From: Octopus vulgaris
Lineage: Eukaryota
Direction of reading: 5' to 3'
NCBI GenBank assembly: GCA_951406725.2
Contig: OX597814.1
Location: 67,890,001 to 67,954,000, forward strand
DNA length: 64,000 nucleotides
The position numbers were made by a program, and so were the translations under genes. The notes under the pieces are model-generated. The model saw only the letters and a program-made list of their open reading frames with translations. It ran no database searches and was not told where the DNA came from. Positions 38,516 to 51,730 of the stretch are shown one piece after another. The first letter of the stretch is position 1. Each line of letters starts with the position of its first letter.

Positions 38516-41500
38516 ATTTTCACATTCTCGTTTAAACTCGGTTGTATAAATATTCGCGGCCTGGGGTCGTATTGGAAGCAAGGCTACCTCCTTAACGACC
38601 TTAGGTCGCATCGTTTGGATGTAGTGGTAATTACCGAATCCAGACTGAGTGGGCTGCAGGCTTTTTCGCCCCTTCTAAACGGCTACGAGAAATACATTTC
38701 TCCCTGTCGACCTGGAGGGGGAGGAGGAGTGGCAGTGCTGGTCAGGAAAAACCTGGATTTAGAGATTAGAACTGTCTTTATAGATCCGGAAGGCAGGTTG
38801 GTCGTTTTGGATGTGACGCACAGCAGTGGTAAAGTGTTCAGGCTGGTCGCTGTCTATGCTCCCTGCGAAGGAAAAGCCGGGCAGAAAGAGTATTTCAAAA
38901 GCCTAGAGAATTTTCTTGGCACGTCGAACACGTTAGTATTGCTTGGTGACTTCAACATAATTTGCGATGCAAGCGTAGATTATGTTGGCTCAAGAAAGAA
39001 TACGAGGGATTACCTCACCTCAACGATATGCTAAGTCGTTTCGAATTGGCAGATAGATTCAGACTGGACCATCCAGACATTCCAGAGTGGACCTGGGCAA
39101 GAAACGACGGGTCGTCCAGATCTTATATCGATAGAATCATAACTAGAAGGAAAGATAAGAAAATACTTAGCTGCCCACAACACCATATCGTCAGCTACAG
39201 CGATCACAAATTAGTGACCTGTACGCTCGACATAGATAGCATGTGTAGACGAGGTACCGGCTACTGGAAGCTAAACAAGTCACTATTGGACTGTGAAGCC
39301 TACAGGAATCGGATTAAACAATTAGTAATGAGGGCGTTAACCGGATCCATTATCAACAATAAATGGTGGTACGCCCTGAAAAGAGCCATCAAATTTGAGT
39401 CAATTAGGTTTAGCAAAGAACTAGCTAGTGCTAGAAACAAAGTAGAAAAGGAACTAGTTAAGGCTATAGAGGAGGCAATGAGGTCAGGCTGTGCATCGAA
39501 AGTGTTAGCGGCGAGGTTAGCACTAGACCAACATCTCCAAGCTAAACATGAAGGGTGCATTATTAGGGCTAAGATCCGTGCAATGAGACAGGAAGGGATC
39601 AACGCAGCCGGATGGGCCCGGGTGGTAGAGGGCCAGCGTGGCAACAACTAAACCATTCGATCCTTGACGGGCCCAAATGGTCGATTAGTAAACGAACCCG
39701 AGGAGATGTGCAAGGTGTTTCATGATCATTTCGCCCAGCTATTCGAGAGGAGCGGCGAGCTGGAGCGCGGGGAGAAGCTCGCAGACTTCCTAGCCGGTTC
39801 GCCGCGTCTATCGGGGCCGGACGCGGAATCTTGTGAGGCGCCGATCACAGCCAAAGAAGTCGAGGATATGTTGGCAGAATGCGGCGGGGACAAATCGCCG
39901 GGACTCGATGGTCTGCCTTACGAACTCTATAGTAGCATGCCAGACTTGTTTGGGCACCTACTTGCATGCGTGTACACCAACTGGCAGCAGAACGGGAGAA
40001 TTCCTAAGTCTGTGAGCCGAGGGGTGGTAGCGTTGTTAAGAAAGGACCCAAACAAGGGGGATTTAATTGATAATTTCCGGCCTATCACTCTGCTTAACGC
40101 AGAGTTGAAGATCTTGGCCAAGGTCTTAGCAAAAAGGTTGGCGAGGGTCGTGGGTGAACTTGTTGGCGAGGCGCAAACTTGCGCCATCCCTGGAAGGACC
40201 ATCCACGACAATCTCCACTTTCTACGCTATGCCTTAGAAAGGGTAAATAGGATTCCTGGCAAGGGTGGGGCTATGGTCCACTTGGACCAATCGAAAGCGT
40301 TTGATAGGGTGGACCATCAGTATCTGGCGGCGGTCCTCGCGGCGGCTGGCTTCGGCCCGACCTTCCGCGGATGGATCATCGCTTTATACAGCAACATCGA
40401 ATCGGTAGTTCGGGTAAATGGTTTCCTTTCGGAGCCGTTCAGCATTAAACGTTCGGTACGTCAAGGGTGTCCTCTCTCCCCGCTTCTCTACGTTTTGGCC
40501 CTCGAGCCGTTGCTGAGGAGGTTGGAAACTATGAGAGGCACCCCGCAAGATCTAGGGTGCGGAAAGTCAGCTTCGGCGTATGCGGACGACATCACGGTCA
40601 TCGTTTCCCGAGTCGAGCACCTACAGTGGGTGGGTGAGGCCTTAAGGGACTACGAAGCGGTGGCAGGAGCGAAAGTCAACCGGGATAAATCGGTCGGCTT
40701 GCAACTCGGCACCTGGAGGGGCAAGTCGATGTCTTCCGACAGCGTCGTAGGACGTTGGACGGAAGGACCGGTGAAAATGCTTGGGATCTGGTTAGGTCCA
40801 GATCTCCAGATAGAGAAGAATTGGAGCGAGGTGGCGAGAAAGGTGGCTCTCCTAATTCAGACATGGTCTGAACGGAATCTGTCCTTGAAAGGGAAGGCGG
40901 AGGTTGCAGAAGTGTTTATCGCCTCTGTAATCACTTACCGCCTAACCGTAGTGCCTTGCCCCGATTCGTGGCTGAACAAACTGGAACGCATGCTCTTTCG
41001 CTTTTTGTGGAGGGGCAGCAGACCTCTTGTAAGGCGCTCTATTTGCTGCCAAAAGCCGCTGAACGGTGGGTTAGGGATGCCGTGGCTAAAAATGCGCAGA
41101 CATGCGCTCAGGCTTAGGCACCTCTGGATTTACCTGGACGGTGAGCAGGTGTGGTCTCCGTTTGTCAAGCTGTTATTTCCACAGTTCACATCGTTTAACG
41201 AACTGAACCCATGGATCAAGTGTAGACCGAGGTTAGGCATGTGGCATGCAGAGTGCTATCAGGCACTCGTGCTTCTCTCCCAGTCGGGCAACGCCGGTGG
41301 CGGGGCTACTACCGCGTTCTTCTATAGAGGGTTAGTAGAGTTTAAGTGTGACGACGTCCTAGGAGAAACTCTGGGCTTCGACGAAAATCAACTGGCCAGC
41401 CTGTTCCAAAGAACATTCGGTCCGGGGCCTATGGATAATTACCAAAAGTCCCTGGCCTGGCAATGTTACAGAGGAGCTTTACCGGTTCGAGATAAGCTCT

Positions 41501-41931
41501 TTAGACATGGGTGTGCACCTTCGCCGGTTTGTGCAAGATGTAAGAGGGACAGTGAAACTGTCCTGCACGCGATTGTGCAATGCCCCAAGGTGACTGAACT
41601 CTGGACTTATGTCGAACACCTGCTGTCGCATTCGAGAAGAGTACAACTGTCGAGCGAATCTGTAATTAAGATAGTTCCGCCGACCTTCCTGAATAGGGAG
41701 GAGCGAGCCTGTTTTCTTTCGGTAGTTGCTATGGCGAAAGAAGTAGTGTGGAAGACGAGAGTAAAAGGAATTGCAACAGGCATGTTTATCTCCAGTCTCG
41801 AGCTAATCGACTTTTTCGTTTTCCACATGAAACGGAAAATAAGGCTGGAGACGAAATGCCTGTCGCAAAGTGTGTTTCGTAAAAGATGGAAGTCTATAGC
41901 AAGTATGTTGCGAGTGAAAGAACCTATTTAA
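38516..41931 (+). pseudogene. Tx1 ORF2: APE endonuclease + reverse transcriptase + C-terminal zinc finger
   Basis: FKLGCINIRGL, VITES, LLGDFN, SYIDRI, SDH (APE); KSPGLDG, FRPITLLN, LDQSKAFDRV, RQGCPLSP, YADD (RT); CARC..ETVLHAIVQC. One frameshift near 39000 and an in-frame TAA at 39649-39651. Confidence 0.95.
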
Positions 41932-42145
41932 TCGAGAATGTAAAAAAGGATAAAGCAAAGTCTTCAGTGTGAGTATGTGGTTTGTGGGGTCGACCGCGTC
42001 CTCCGCTTCATTTTTTGTTAATCACTCATTCTCATTTAATTGTATATATATTAATTGTTTGTTTATTCATGTTTCGTCTCATTCGATACCCTGACCCCAA
42101 CGTTTGTTTTGTCCCCTCTTTTTCTCAACCTTATGGTGAATAAAG

Positions 42146-42184
<39 letters not shown>

Positions 42185-42600
42185 ATAACTGCCTCTCCTA
42201 CCATCTCTCTCTATCTACCTTTCCCTTCAGCTACCACGTAATAAGTATTCCTTTCCCACTCCACAGCACGTCGTTAACACTTCTCTCGTTGCCTTCTCTC
42301 TCGTTTCTCGCCTCTACCTTCAGCAGATCACGTGACAATTTGGCCAAAGCGTATTAATATTAATTACCTTTCTCTTCTGCCTCTCTTCTTTCTTTACTTC
42401 TCCCCCTCTCTCGCTCTCACTCTTACTTCACTTCTCACTCACTCCACTTCCACCTTTAACTAACTAATGTATAACAGGCGAACGAGCATGCAGATTATAT
42501 AGATTCTGCCTGCCTTCCTGCTTGCCTGTCTGCCTGCCTACCTGTGTGGTTGTCAGTCAGTATGTCTGTCTGTCTTTCTCTGTTTCTTTCTCTTTATCTT

Positions 42601-42649
<49 letters not shown>

Positions 42650-43624
42650 TTGTATACATTCGGTTTAGATGCATCCTTTAGTCGCAGGACGCCATGACTT
42701 TGATGACTGCTGCTTTCCATGTTATTCTAGCACAGTAAGGGGATGATGAAATAAGTTGTCAAAGGTTGTACGAAAGAACAGCAGTTGCCAATATAGTAAG
42801 AAATTGAAGAAACTTCTAACTGCCTCACAAGCTCCTCCGAATTTCTCCTCAGGGTTTACGCAGGGTGCCTCTCCTGTAAGTGAGACCAGAACACAGCAAA
42901 AGTTTTTAATCTGTTTTCTCACTTGTAGATGGACTGTTCCATACACCCGTTAACACTAGTTTTAGAGTGCCAAGAATTTCTCTCACTAATTCTGCTGTCA
43001 AGGAAAGAAATACCACTGAATCTAAGGATAAACTACACTAGCTGGATCTAATTATCAAAAGCAGCTCGAGAAGTTAAAATGCAATGTACTTTATATGTCG
43101 TATACAAGAAATTCTTAATTTATTGAAATTTCCTATTAAGCTGGAGAACGAAAATTAATCATGATAGCAATTGGAAGAGACTCACAGAAAAGGATGATGC
43201 TTTTGCAGGCGATGTTCATATTTGTTTTGGTGATGATGTTGATTTTGTTTCTTCTGTCGTCTGGCTCAAAACAACGCTGCTTAGCGTTTCCCCCTTCCCC
43301 TCCTTGATAATGCCATCGTTACCGTTATCTGTCTGTCCCCATCTCTTATTGTTGTGCTTTTATCCTCCCATTATTATCATTATTATCGTTTCTGTATCTT
43401 GAAAATTTGAAAGAAAAACTTTTACCACTGGAGCGTAATTCAACCTCTTGGAGCCAATCAGGAAACAAACATTTTCCTTAATTTGTGTTCCCTGGCTTAC
43501 CAGCACTTTCTTAATCGGAAAGACTTTCGATGTAGTGTCATCAGCGCGCTGCAAAGTATACGTTACATGACGACGACGACGATATACATGCATATATACA
43601 TACATACATACATACATACATACA

Positions 43625-43649
<25 letters not shown>

Positions 43650-43655
<6 letters not shown>

Positions 43656-44572
43656 CCCTAGCAACAATAAATCAATCATAGAAATAATGAGAAAGAGAAT
43701 TAGAAAATTTTTCATAAACTTTAACTTAAATATTACGTATGAATATGGCGCTAAAGTAGTACATTATTTGGATACTATTTTAAACATTAACTCTAAATTA
43801 TACTACCCCTATAGGAAAGAAGATGAGGTTACAAGTTATGTGAATAAATTATCAAATCACCTCGCTAATGTATTAAAATCGGTAGTTAAAAGTATTTCTA
43901 GGAGAATTACTAAATTATCATCAAACATTGATATTTTTAATTCTCATTCATACCACTATAACGTTACTTTGTCTAAAGCGGGATATGACCAGGAAATTAC
44001 TTTTCTCAGTCCTGAAAGTTCAGCACCTTTTAATAGAGGACAAAACTGATAGTTTGAATAATAGAAAGTCTACTAACTTACTTAGTCGTGAAAAAATACC
44101 AAATGATAACCCATCCTACAATCCTAACATTTTAAATAATAATAACAGAGTATGCTTCGATAGGAGACAGGATACTAAAACAAGTAAGAAGCTTAGGTTG
44201 AATAAAAAAGGTGACGATGAAAAAGAAATGGCTACTCTTCCAGATAAGGGATCCACTAGAAATATATACAAAACTATTAATCACGGCACGATTCTAGGGA
44301 GCAGGGATAGCACAAATATATCCTGCCCTTACTCATACAAAAATTTAAAGGTAAGAATCTCGTCTGGTTCAATATCCCATACAACTACATTATCCACAAA
44401 TATATATAGAACATATATGGCTATTTTAGAAAAAAACTTCCCTACTTCCCATAGATATAATAGAATCTTTTCACGTAAAATACTTAGAGTCTAATACTCT
44501 ACTCTCCCCAATATATGTACTATCATAACTAGATTAAATAGGAAGAATATAAAATTAGCCAGAATTGTTGAA

Positions 44573-44625
<53 letters not shown>

Positions 44626-44638
44626 TAATAATAATAAC

Positions 44639-44724
<86 letters not shown>

Positions 44725-45285
44725 TAATAATAATAATCATAATGCCCTGATGCAGTATCAGGCAGTGGCTCTCGTGGCTTCTGATCTTAACTGATTGGAA
44801 GTGTTATCATGTACATTGTTTTATCTTGGTATAAAAGATAGGCTACAGCAAATATTCTGCTCAATACCACAGATTTGCTTGTCAGCTGTTTGACCATAAC
44901 CAGTTGAGCATGTCCCTTAGTGGCTGACGATATGTGCATCTCTGATCACGAGCAGAAGTAGTGGGGGAGCATCATAGCCATGCGTCGAGAGGGATTCTTT
45001 GGGGTTTGAATAATTTACCTCTGGAAACATGGGTGTTTCGTTCAACATCCTTAAACAATCCTTGTTCAGGGACCTTTTGAGCAGCATGGGTGACTCGACC
45101 AGAAGAAAATTCTATCCGGGTCCCACCTGCATTGTCATGTGCTGTTTATCTTGATATGAGATCACCATGTCGCGCACATATGGTTGTGATGCATATGCCT
45201 GGTGTACCCTTATCAGGCAGATAGTCATGATGGTCATGATAGTCATGATTAAATAGGAAGAATATAAAATTAGCCAGAATTGTTC

Positions 45286-45328
<43 letters not shown>

Positions 45329-45780
45329 CAACAATAATAATAAAAATAGCAATAATAATAATTATATTATTAATAATAATAGTACTGTCAACTATAACTT
45401 AAACCCACAAAATGAAAATAGTAGTATTGATGATGATGGGGTGAATAGAAGGAATAATGGTAACACTTCTAATAAAAACAATATGGATTGTAGTTCCAGT
45501 ACACAAACGGTCATGCAGAGGCGATTTTATGTGATAATACGATGGAGGTGGAGTTAGAAAATAACAGACGTGGAAGTGGGTTTAGCCTCAAATGGGGAAT
45601 AATAAAAATAGCTCAGCCTTATAGAAATAGCTGATATGGGTGTGAGCTTTGCTCTATGGAAACATATGAAATTTTTAAGCATAAAGATAATGGCAACCTG
45701 GCTAATAATTGGTTAGACCTTAGGATATCATGTGTACATAGTGCCACCCGTACCTTCAAATATTTTAGAAAGTAGCACTT
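43650..45780 (+). pseudogene. 5'-truncated Naiad-like Penelope element, decayed and interrupted
   Basis: HYLDTILN..YYPYRK..SNH..KSISRRITKLSSN..KAGY, NLVWFNIPY..TNIY..LEKNFP..RIFSRK, KWGIIKIAQPY..CELCSME..CVH. Confidence 0.8.
44570..45246 (-). mobile_element. 5'-truncated LINE 3' end with (ATT)n tail and 38-bp TSD
   Basis: GATTAAATAGGAAGAATATAAAATTAGCCAGAATTGTT at 44532-44569 and 45247-45284; the minus strand ends ...CTGCATCAGGGC-(ATT)n. Confidence 0.8.
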
Positions 45781-45869
45781 TATTGATCTTGGGTTTTAAA
45801 ACCTATAATGTACCTCTTAGTAATCAGTGCATAGGTAGTATGTCCTACAGCAGATGAGGTAAAAGATAT

Positions 45870-48000
45870 GTCATGGGTGGTGGCGGCGCTGAGACATCTA
45901 TAATCCACCACCGGACGAAAATCAACATCAGCCTTATGAGCCATGTGCAAAGGAGACGCCCATAGACTCGTAGATGGCCGAATCAGTCCGAGCTGGAGCA
46001 TGTGTTCGAATTCAGCTCGAGCTGCTTTGAGTTTGTCCGGTGCCAACCGATGAGGACAGAAAAAAAAAACAGGACGTCTCTTCGTGGAGATGAAATGTTT
46101 CATAGAGTGAACGAGCTCAGTAGGTTTAAACGTCAAGTTAGTGAGTTCCGGAAACGAATCAAGCAATGCATGATATTGATCTCCTGAGGCAACAACGAAG
46201 AAAGAAGGACTCACAACTGCAACAGTAGAATCCTTTCCAGGGGTTGTCAGAGAGGTGGTACCATCGAGAAGCCGTTGCCTTCTCACATCTACCAATAGTA
46301 AGTATATTGGATAAGGCAGGTCAGCGATGATGAAAATCCATTTGAAATTTCTACGTAGAGATAAATCCAAGAATAAGGATATTTGTCCGAAGGTCCGGAT
46401 AGCAGAGTGGTTGACAGTATACAAGGATATACTGGAAAGATCAGGCTTGGTAGGGGTAAAACGGAAGGGCCAAATGCTCACGCTGGCTCCAGTATCAACT
46501 GTAAAAGACTAAGAAAAGATTATGTCAGTTACGAAGAATGCACGATACAGAGTAGAACTGACCACGGGGACCTCCGACGTGCTCAGGGTTTCCCATGTTA
46601 GTTTTCCTGAGGGGAGTAGGAACATGACTGTATACATCATCTGGCCTGGTTCTTGAAACACCAATGATATCAACAGTGTGAGGTGTTCGGAGAGGTTGCA
46701 CGTCTGCGAGGAGAGGAAGAACAATTCCTAGAACGTGGTCTGGCAGAGGAACGAAAGTAACCCATGCGCGAAACTTGGTGTGACAAGTCCTTAATGACCT
46801 TGAGGATTGCTGTATGACTTAAAAGTTCGGCAGTAGAGGATTCCTGGGCAGCTGAAGTAGAAGCGACAGCTACTACCCTGTCGGCCGTGGAAGATTCCTG
46901 GATAATTCCAAGATCTTGTCTGCCGACGTAATATCTGGTCCACTGAGCTGACTTCCCCCATCGGGGCTAAAATAGATTGCACATTGGACGACATACGAGA
47001 GGAGAATAATTGTTTTACGAAAGAGCTGTCTTCCATGGAACCATCATCCAACTCGCAGATGCAGCGCAAAAATTCAGTCGAGGACCAGTCCCCAAGATTC
47101 TCGTCCTCGATGAGCGTACGGAAACGGCTTCCGGAGGATTTGTTAAATTTTGGCGAAGAACTTCCGCTTTTATAGATGTGTAGGAGGCATCAGGTGGAAT
47201 ATCCATGATGAGATCCTTGATTGTAAGTGCGAGAGTAGAAGGGATGCCACTAATCACAATTTGTAGTTGCTGTTGAGCCGATTGAATGTTGTTCACCATA
47301 AAGTAGGACTCAAGTTGGGTGAACCACATGCGTGCGTCACCATGATAGTGAGGAAATGAGGTATGACTCATCGATCGAAGTGAGAAAATGAAACATGTGC
47401 AGAAGGAATACAAGCCACTCAAAACCAAAATTCAAAAAAGGTGGCAGGAAAGAAAATTCCACAAGCAGCAGCGAATAACCAGGATGGTGTCTTCGTGAGA
47501 CGAAGACGAGGATGAAAGAGAAACGCTAAATCGTACCTGAGTATAAAGAATACGTATAAATGATCCTAAGGAAAGCTTCAAGCGACGAAAGAAGGTTACA
47601 TGATGTCAGATTGAAGCAGTAGAACGAAAACCTTAGAAGAACGTATGATTGCCATGCCAGCAGAAAGAGGTGGAAAATACCACGTGGCATGATTGTACGG
47701 TGTCGTAGTCCAGGCCGTAAGAGTTCTCCCGAATCCATAAATTTCAATAAAAATTCCTCGTATAGAAAAATGTGCAGGGACACCATAAGAAGTTGTTAAC
47801 ACATGTTAAACCGTGAAGAAAACATGTCTGAAGTTGAAAAATGAGAAGGAATGCGTATTCTGGGTTGGGTTCACCACTGTAATCTAAACGTTGGCCATTG
47901 TAAAGAGAGTTAAAGCTGTAACTTGGCCTTGTTACTTCTGAAACAAGAGGTTAATTAAGAAGCAAAAATCCCCGTGTTACGAAAGGCAAAATGCATTCTT
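45870..48000 (-). mobile_element. Gypsy/Ty3 LTR retrotransposon remnant (5' LTR end, PBS, gag, protease, RT start)
   Basis: Gag-like FPHYHGDARMWFTQLESYF; protease VDTGASVSIWP; RT start RLAPDKLKAARAEFEHMLQLGLIRPS.S.WASPLHM..DFRPVVDYR; ...CA-G-TGGTGAACCC (LTR end and PBS) at 47879-47867. The outer LTR boundary is uncertain. Confidence 0.85.
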
Positions 48001-48399
48001 GATTGGAATAAATGAAAGAGCCATTCTTGAACTTCACAAATAATTTAATACCAATTCAAAAGCTGGTAAGAATTCACAAATAGTATGCTTCGGTTGAAGC
48101 GGTACATATGAGGTAACCGGTTCCTCCTCTAAGGTATTTTGTTTTTATTATTTGGGCCACGTGTAGCAAAATCTATGTGCTCTCAACACAGAGATGTGTC
48201 TAGCACGAAGTCTGGCGATGAAAGAGAGATCGAGGTTCTGCGATTATTCAATATATATTCCAGAGACTGTTGACTCCCCTTGGCAACTATATTACATTCT
48301 AAAAACATTCCACGGCTCATTGGGATTTGTAAAAGAGACATAAATCCAATTTCTTGGAAGCTTCTAGATTGCAAGTGAGATCACTGGGGGTTACTCCCA

Positions 48400-49110
48400 T
48401 GATTCGTAATTAATCCCATGATTAGGCAATGACAAATCTGTTTCAAATTACGTATCTCCTACAGGTCTTCCGTATTTTTTATTGATAGTTTCAATGTTGT
48501 TGACGAGTGCACTTGGGCTTGTGTTAGAAGACTTTTCATTGATTTGGGTTGTCTTTTGCTCTTTAAAATGATGTGCGTTTGGAGGACTTGATTCATTCTG
48601 TGGTTCCTTTTTAATGTTCTGGAGGATGGTGTCAAAGGCTTCATTGTTTAGGAGGTTGTGTGTGGATGTGTATGATAGGGATTTTGGTTGTAAATCCTTC
48701 TTTAGTTTGGGATGTCTGATTTCATGGATGTTGAGTTGTAGGGCGCGTTGAAAACCGATATCAGTTAGTGATGGTGGGTAGTTCCTGCAGATGAGCGTAT
48801 CCTTTAGCTTTTCATGTAGTCGTGTGTCCCTGGTGCTTGTATCAGATACTATAGTACAAATCCTTTTTGTCAAGTTGAAAGGGATATTCATTCTAATGTG
48901 TCTGGGATGGCATGAGATGATATTGCTTGGAGTCCGTGGGCTTATAGTATATGTCTGTTTCTATTTTGTTGTTGGATTTCTTAATGCAGATGTCGAAGAA
49001 TGGAAATTGTTGATGGCTATATTCCATCTTAAACTGAATGTTTATGTCAAGTCCATTTAGAAGAATGAAGCCAAAGAATGAAGCAGTCATCTAGATACCT
49101 CTTCCAGTTA
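48400..49110 (-). pseudogene. Decayed fragment of the AT-rich Penelope family seen at 31522-33510
   Basis: NIQFKMEYSHQQFPFFDI..IETDIYYKPTD and NIPFNLTKRICTIVSD..LKDTLICRNYP. Confidence 0.85.
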
Positions 49111-51334
49111 TGTTCTATGTATATGTATGTATGTATGTATGCATGCATGCATGCATCCATGTATGTATGTATGTATATACATGCATACATAGTCAACACA
49201 AACCAGTTTTATAGATAAATAAATTATTAAATGTCATGCAGTTACATTTATTGAAGAGAAATACTATTGTTTCGTAATCTATATTACAAAAATACCATTG
49301 CATGTTCATGTTTGTCACGCTTTTACATTGACTTTTAAAATAATTTGAATTGCACAATGAAGTGTGTACATAGGAAGAGGGCATGTTTTCTACAAATCAA
49401 ATGATTTAACGTCATACTTTCTACCTCTACTGAGGCAAATTTTCTTTATATTTCTGCTGCATTTGTAAATGGGGTGGGGTAGGATTGTCGTTTGCAGAAA
49501 TGTTATGATATATCTCCATATTCGGCATGCGATAGTGTTCCTAAACTGCTGTTGTAAATCTGGAGGCGTGTCTTCCAACTATAATTTCATCTTGAAAAAA
49601 CAAAAAAATAAAAAAACAAAAACGGTTGCAATGTAATGTTTTGGGGAAATTTAAATAAATGTAATGGGGTTTTTTCATAGAACAAAAAATTTACATAAAA
49701 TTTGCATAAATATATGATGGGGATAACAATGATTTGAAAGTTAAACAATATAAAAAAAATTACGTTATGCCAGGTATTAATCTGAAAACTTCTGTCATCA
49801 CTCTGCCATTTAAACTTACGCAATGACAGCTTCCAGTTTTATTGATCTTTGCAATTTAAAGTCAATAAATCTGAATGCTATTGAGAATATAGTCCTGTTC
49901 TTTCTAATTGAGATGTTTGCGCATGGAGAATAGTATGTTTCTCTCTAAAGAACACCGGTGTGTTGCTGGTAAAGTGACTATGTCGAAAATGTCACAAACA
50001 CTCCTCTCAAGGAAGTCTTTTAGTGTTGAAATTGCTTTCGCAATTATTATACCGACCATATATTTAATTCAGGTAAACTATTTGTATTTATACATGTGTT
50101 TTAGTATTTATTTACTTTTAACTTATTTTCTTTTTTAAATGTTCGCCATCACTCAGCCTCAACCTCATGATCAACAACACGAAAACTTGTGTCATGCAGA
50201 GTGAAAGCGTACGCACTCGTATATATTGAAATTTTACCGATCTAATTTTACAATTACTATACTTAAATACAAAAATTTGTGCACAATAAACTCATAACTA
50301 TTATTTAGTAAATGTTTCTAGAAATCTCTTATTTAGTAACTTTCTAAAGTAATACTTTAAAAAGTGCAAAATATTCAAGTTGGGTGGCAGAATATCAGGT
50401 ACACAGATTTATTTCTAAGTTGTAAGCTGTTAATAATAAATCAAATGATAAAGTTGTGTTTTTACTGCTGTTGTACTTCATTACTTTTCAACTATAGTTA
50501 AAATTGAAAGTTATAAGTATATTCGGGTTAAGTACTAGCAAGCCTGATTTTACAATGAGCTTTATGTCGAAATATAGTTCTTATCAAAATGGAATTTTAT
50601 ACCATTTATTGATCTCCTTTGTGAGATCAATAAATTACTCAGTTTACAGCGCCTCTTGTTTGATGTGAAGCGATATCATATATCTTAGAGAATGACATCG
50701 AATATTGATTAAAAGAACAAGGATTAAATATGACTTAACGTGTAAGGTTAGGCAAGTGTGTATCTTAAAATATCTGCTATTATTAAGTGAATCGGAGAAA
50801 CGGCTAATGTTCATACTACTGTTATTACAATCTTCAAATGTGCAATCGCCAAAGTCATGCCATAACATAACTATTCATGATTTCCCCCCCCCCCCATTAC
50901 CAGCTACTACAATAAATTTCGATAAGACACAAAACTACTCTTTGTAGATTATAGAATATTGATACTTGCCTAACTGATTTCTAATGGATAAAAAGCAAAA
51001 TCGTGCTGGGCAGAACATGTGTACTACAAACATTGACAACAACATTTAAAAAGAAGTTAAATAAATCCAATTAATCTTCCACTTCTGCTTTATAATTGCC
51101 ACATATTTTAAATAAGTAACAATCTTTGGTTTCTTTATAAAGGTCCCTTCATTTATTCGCAACGTTGATATGGGGACAAAATATATTAGAGTATTCGTCT
51201 GCATCATTTTGTGTACTGAGTTTGAATCCTACCATGCATGGTTTTATCTTTACTCTTTGTAGACGATAAAAGGATAACTTGTCTAAGTTCAAAGTTGATT
51301 GAATTGTCCATAAAAAATAACAAAATGACCTATC

Positions 51335-51730
51335 TTATACTCGTTTCAGTCATTAAACTGCGGCCATGATGGGAGTACCGCCTTGAAGAATCTTTTGTTG
51401 AATACATCAATCCCAGTACTTACTATTTTAAAGCCTGGTACTTATTCTATCGATAATTTTTGCTGAATAACTAAGTTATCGGCACGTAAACACACTAGTA
51501 CCGGTTGTGAAGCAGTGGGGACGGGGATGACAGACACAAACACATGTACACACACACACACGCACAAGCATATATACGGCGTGCTTCTTTCCCACTTCGT
51601 CTACCAAATTCACTTACAAGGCTTTGGTCGGCCTAAGACTATAGTAGAAGACACTTATTCGAGGTACGATGCGGTTGGACCGAATCGGGAACCATGTGAT
51701 TGGGAAGCTAGCTTCTTACCACACAGCCAC
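51335..51730 (-). mobile_element. tRNA-derived SINE copy
   Basis: Reverse-complement homology to 1405-1715 (CGTCTACCAAATTCACTTACAAGGCTTTGGTCGGCC...AGTAGAAGACACTT...GAACCATGTG). Confidence 0.8.

Larger units (their letters stand above)
36721..42150 (+). mobile_element. Near full-length L1-clade Tx1-group non-LTR retrotransposon inserted in (TC)n
   Basis: Two ORFs; 3' end AATAAAGAAATA directly followed by (CT)n; (TC)n also abuts the 5' end (36693-36720). Confidence 0.93.

Noticed and set aside
45630-45636. In-frame TGA in the Naiad-like endonuclease region as selenocysteine (some Naiads are selenoproteins)
   Set aside because: The TGA is not at a conserved Cys position, the neighbouring Cys use TGT/TGC, the copy is decayed and no SECIS was identified.
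50604-50635. 13-bp perfect hairpin ATTTATTGATCTC/GAGATCAATAAAT as a terminator or RNA gene
   Set aside because: Eukaryotic AT-rich context; probably a repeat relic or chance, with no supporting features.
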